From positions 14,286 to 78,285 of the forward strand of contig SLCC01000011.1 in assembly GCA_007126035.1 (NCBI GenBank): 64,000 nucleotides of DNA. Reading direction: 5' to 3'. This DNA comes from Gemmatimonadota bacterium (GTDB taxonomy: Bacteria > Gemmatimonadota > Gemmatimonadetes > Longimicrobiales > RSA9). Shown here piece after piece: positions 62,044-64,000 of the stretch. Position 1 is the stretch's first letter; each line of letters opens with the position of its first letter. A program made the translations under genes and the position numbers. A model generated the notes under the pieces. That model was not told the DNA's origin and searched no databases. It saw nothing but the letters and a program-made list of their open reading frames with translations.

Positions 62044-63978
62044 CTATTGCCATGCACCGGCGCCGCCCACCACCGGGATGGTGAGGGAGGTGGCGTCGAG
62101 CTCGACGGTGAGTCGGGTGCCGGGGCGGGGCCAGAGGGTGTACTCCCGGTCGCTGGAGAAGATCATCATGGCGATGCGCTTGCCGGCCGGGATCACCTGG
62201 TCCGTGGGCTGGAGTGTGAAGGTCAGGTCCCGGAACTGGCCGGGGATCATAGGCACGCTCTCGGTCAGGGACCGGTAGTTCTGGGGGTCGGCCCAGCCTC
62301 TGGTGATGACGCTGAAGTTCGGCTGTCTGGGCGCTGCCTCTTCCCAGGGCAGGGCCACGAGCCAGACCGACAGGTTGGCCGCGGGCCGGTCCAGGGCCAG
62401 GCGGATCGTGACCTCGGGCGTTCCGGAGATGTGTACGGGCGCCTCCAGCTCGTGGGTGGCGTAGAGGAGGCGGTGTGGCGACCGCTCCTTCTGGGCCAGC
62501 TCCGCTCCGGTGTGGGCCACGTCGTCCACCAGCATTTCCCGCACGGGCGCGGCCCCTGTGGTTCCAGCGGCGGCATTGGCGGGGCGTTCGATTGTCAGGC
62601 TGCCGGCGGCCTCGCCGCCCGGACCGGGACGGAGTGTAACGGGCTGGGTGCCGGGCACCGGCCAGTCGAGGTACGGGGTAGGCGCGAGCCTGTTGTCGCC
62701 CTCTCGTACGATCCAGGCCCGGGGGTCGTCTTCCACGCCGTTCTCGACGCCCAGCACGTAGCGGGTGAACCAGCGGTTCATCATCTCCATGGGCGGTGCG
62801 CCGCCGTGGCCGCCCTGGTGGAAGTACATCTGGAGGGGAGTGCCTCGCTCCTTGAGCCGCTCTATGACGCGGACCGAGTGCTCGGGCATGACGTTCCAGT
62901 CGTTCCAGGCGTGGGCCATGAGGACGGCGGCCTGGAGGGAGTCGAGCTGGAGGACGTAGTCCCGGCTTGCCCAGAAGTCGTTCCAGTTGCCGGTGACCCG
63001 GTCCAGGTTGGCCAGGAGCTCGCCCTCGCGCACGACGGTGTTGCAGTAATCCCGCCGGTCCTCGGGTCCTGAGAACACGAAGTCGTACAGCGAATCGATG
63101 TCTTCGCCCAGGTAACCGCCGGGCGACCGGATCAGGCCGTGCGAGCGGTAGTAGTGCCAGTAGGAGGTGTTGGGTGCGATGGGGATGATGGCTTTCAACC
63201 CCTGGACGCCGGTGGTGGCCGCCGCCAGCGGGAGGGTGCCGTTGAAGGAGGTACCGGTCATGCCCACGCGGCCGGCGGACCAGGTGGCGAAGACCTCCTC
63301 GTCGCCGTCGGACGTGGTGAAGCCGCGGGCCTGGCCGGTGAGCCACTGGACCACGGCCCTGGGCGCCAGCGTCTCGTTGAGCCCGCCCATGGTGGGGCAG
63401 CCATCGCTCAGTCCGGTGCCCGGCGCCTCGGAGTGGACGACGGCGAAGCCTCGCGGCACCCACGCGGCCACGTGGGAGTTGGCGATCCGATCGCCCCGGT
63501 CACCCCGGTGGGGCACGTGTGGCTGGGGTCCCCGGGGCGGCGGCTCGGTGTAGAGCTCCTGGTTCACGTCCCAGAGGATCTCCCGCACCGGCGCGGTGCC
63601 GGCGTAGTAGGGGCTGGTCTCGAAGATCACCGGGACCTGGATCCCGTGGGTCTCGGTCTGGCGCGGCCTGACCACGCTCACGTGGACCCGGTCCGGGCGG
63701 CCGTCACCGTCTGAATCGATGGCCGTCTCCACCCAGAGGCGCTCGCGGATCCATTCCGTCGAGTCGGCGAAGGCTGCCACTACCTGGACCTGACTGTCCA
63801 TGATCACGAGCCCCGCGTCCGCCGGTGCCCATTCGGCCGTGGGGGCTTCCGCTTGCGGGGGCGGGTCGGGCATGGCGGGGATGGCCTGGCGCGCGCACGC
63901 GGGGGCCGCGGTCAGGGCGGCCAGGGTGAGCAGAACGGTCCGGGCGAAGCCCATCGGCGCTGGGCGATATGGCATCAT
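62044..63978 (-). CDS. S15-family X-Pro dipeptidyl-peptidase / CocE-NonD-type hydrolase
   Basis: 644 aa with signal peptide or lipobox (LTAAPAC). Contains ..DGDGRPDRV.V...RP.., GMTGTSFNG (GxSxxG nucleophile elbow) and the C-terminal beta-sandwich typical of the PepX/CocE family. Confidence 0.8.
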   Translation of the reverse strand: MMPYRPAPMGFARTVLLTLAALTAAPACARQAIPAMPDPPPQAEAPTAEWAPADAGLVIMDSQVQVVAAFADSTEWIRERLWVETAIDSDGDGRPDRVHVSVVRPRQTETHGIQVPVIFETSPYYAGTAPVREILWDVNQELYTEPPPRGPQPHVPHRGDRGDRIANSHVAAWVPRGFAVVHSEAPGTGLSDGCPTMGGLNETLAPRAVVQWLTGQARGFTTSDGDEEVFATWSAGRVGMTGTSFNGTLPLAAATTGVQGLKAIIPIAPNTSYWHYYRSHGLIRSPGGYLGEDIDSLYDFVFSGPEDRRDYCNTVVREGELLANLDRVTGNWNDFWASRDYVLQLDSLQAAVLMAHAWNDWNVMPEHSVRVIERLKERGTPLQMYFHQGGHGGAPPMEMMNRWFTRYVLGVENGVEDDPRAWIVREGDNRLAPTPYLDWPVPGTQPVTLRPGPGGEAAGSLTIERPANAAAGTTGAAPVREMLVDDVAHTGAELAQKERSPHRLLYATHELEAPVHISGTPEVTIRLALDRPAANLSVWLVALPWEEAAPRQPNFSVITRGWADPQNYRSLTESVPMIPGQFRDLTFTLQPTDQVIPAGKRIAMMIFSSDREYTLWPRPGTRLTVELDATSLTIPVVGGAGAWQ

Positions 63979-64000
63979 GGCACACAGGTCAGGGTTATGG

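Overview
Very GC-rich, gene-dense chromosomal segment of a diderm bacterium, with about 60 protein genes, one tRNA and very little non-coding DNA. The envelope repertoire includes LpxH, LptE-like, MlaFED, split HldA/HldC, Slt, a HEAT-cyclophilin lipoprotein and a DUF5683-like protein. Together with the composition, this fits Gemmatimonadota or a similar high-GC Gram-negative lineage; that placement is inference and untested. No transposase, integrase, CRISPR array, rRNA or recognisable phage or defence gene was seen. All calls come from reading the supplied ORF translations and the DNA by eye (motifs, start/stop geometry, RBS). No searches or statistics were run. Many long ORFs in the track are antisense or out-of-frame shadows typical of high-GC DNA and were ignored. 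Several true starts lie well inside the listed ORFs and were re-set to RBS-supported or stop/start-coupled ATG/GTG codons. Housekeeping content includes speA, murI, recX, rph, rdgB, ridA, plsC, gnd plus an FGGY kinase, a LeuC-LeuD fusion and several peptidases. Most interesting observations:
1. A nine-gene translationally coupled operon (13424-22605) encodes 4 glycosyltransferases (three tandem CgeB-like paralogues), 4 sugar redox/epimerase enzymes and a methyltransferase. It has no exporter, and it faces a convergent kinase/HAD/cytoplasmic glycosidase operon.
2. An ECF sigma module whose anti-sigma-like protein and a neighbouring secreted protein both end in a CBM48-like carbohydrate-binding module.
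3. A bacterial Clp1/Grc3-type polynucleotide-kinase-like gene overlapping, tail to tail, a stand-alone asparaginase-N-domain gene.
4. An orphan tRNA-Sec preceded by a highly structured region that contains an intrinsic terminator with no gene to terminate.
5. Several domain fusions (Pcm-erythromycin-esterase-like, Dak2-DegV) and several unexplained repeats and palindromes in the few long intergenic regions.
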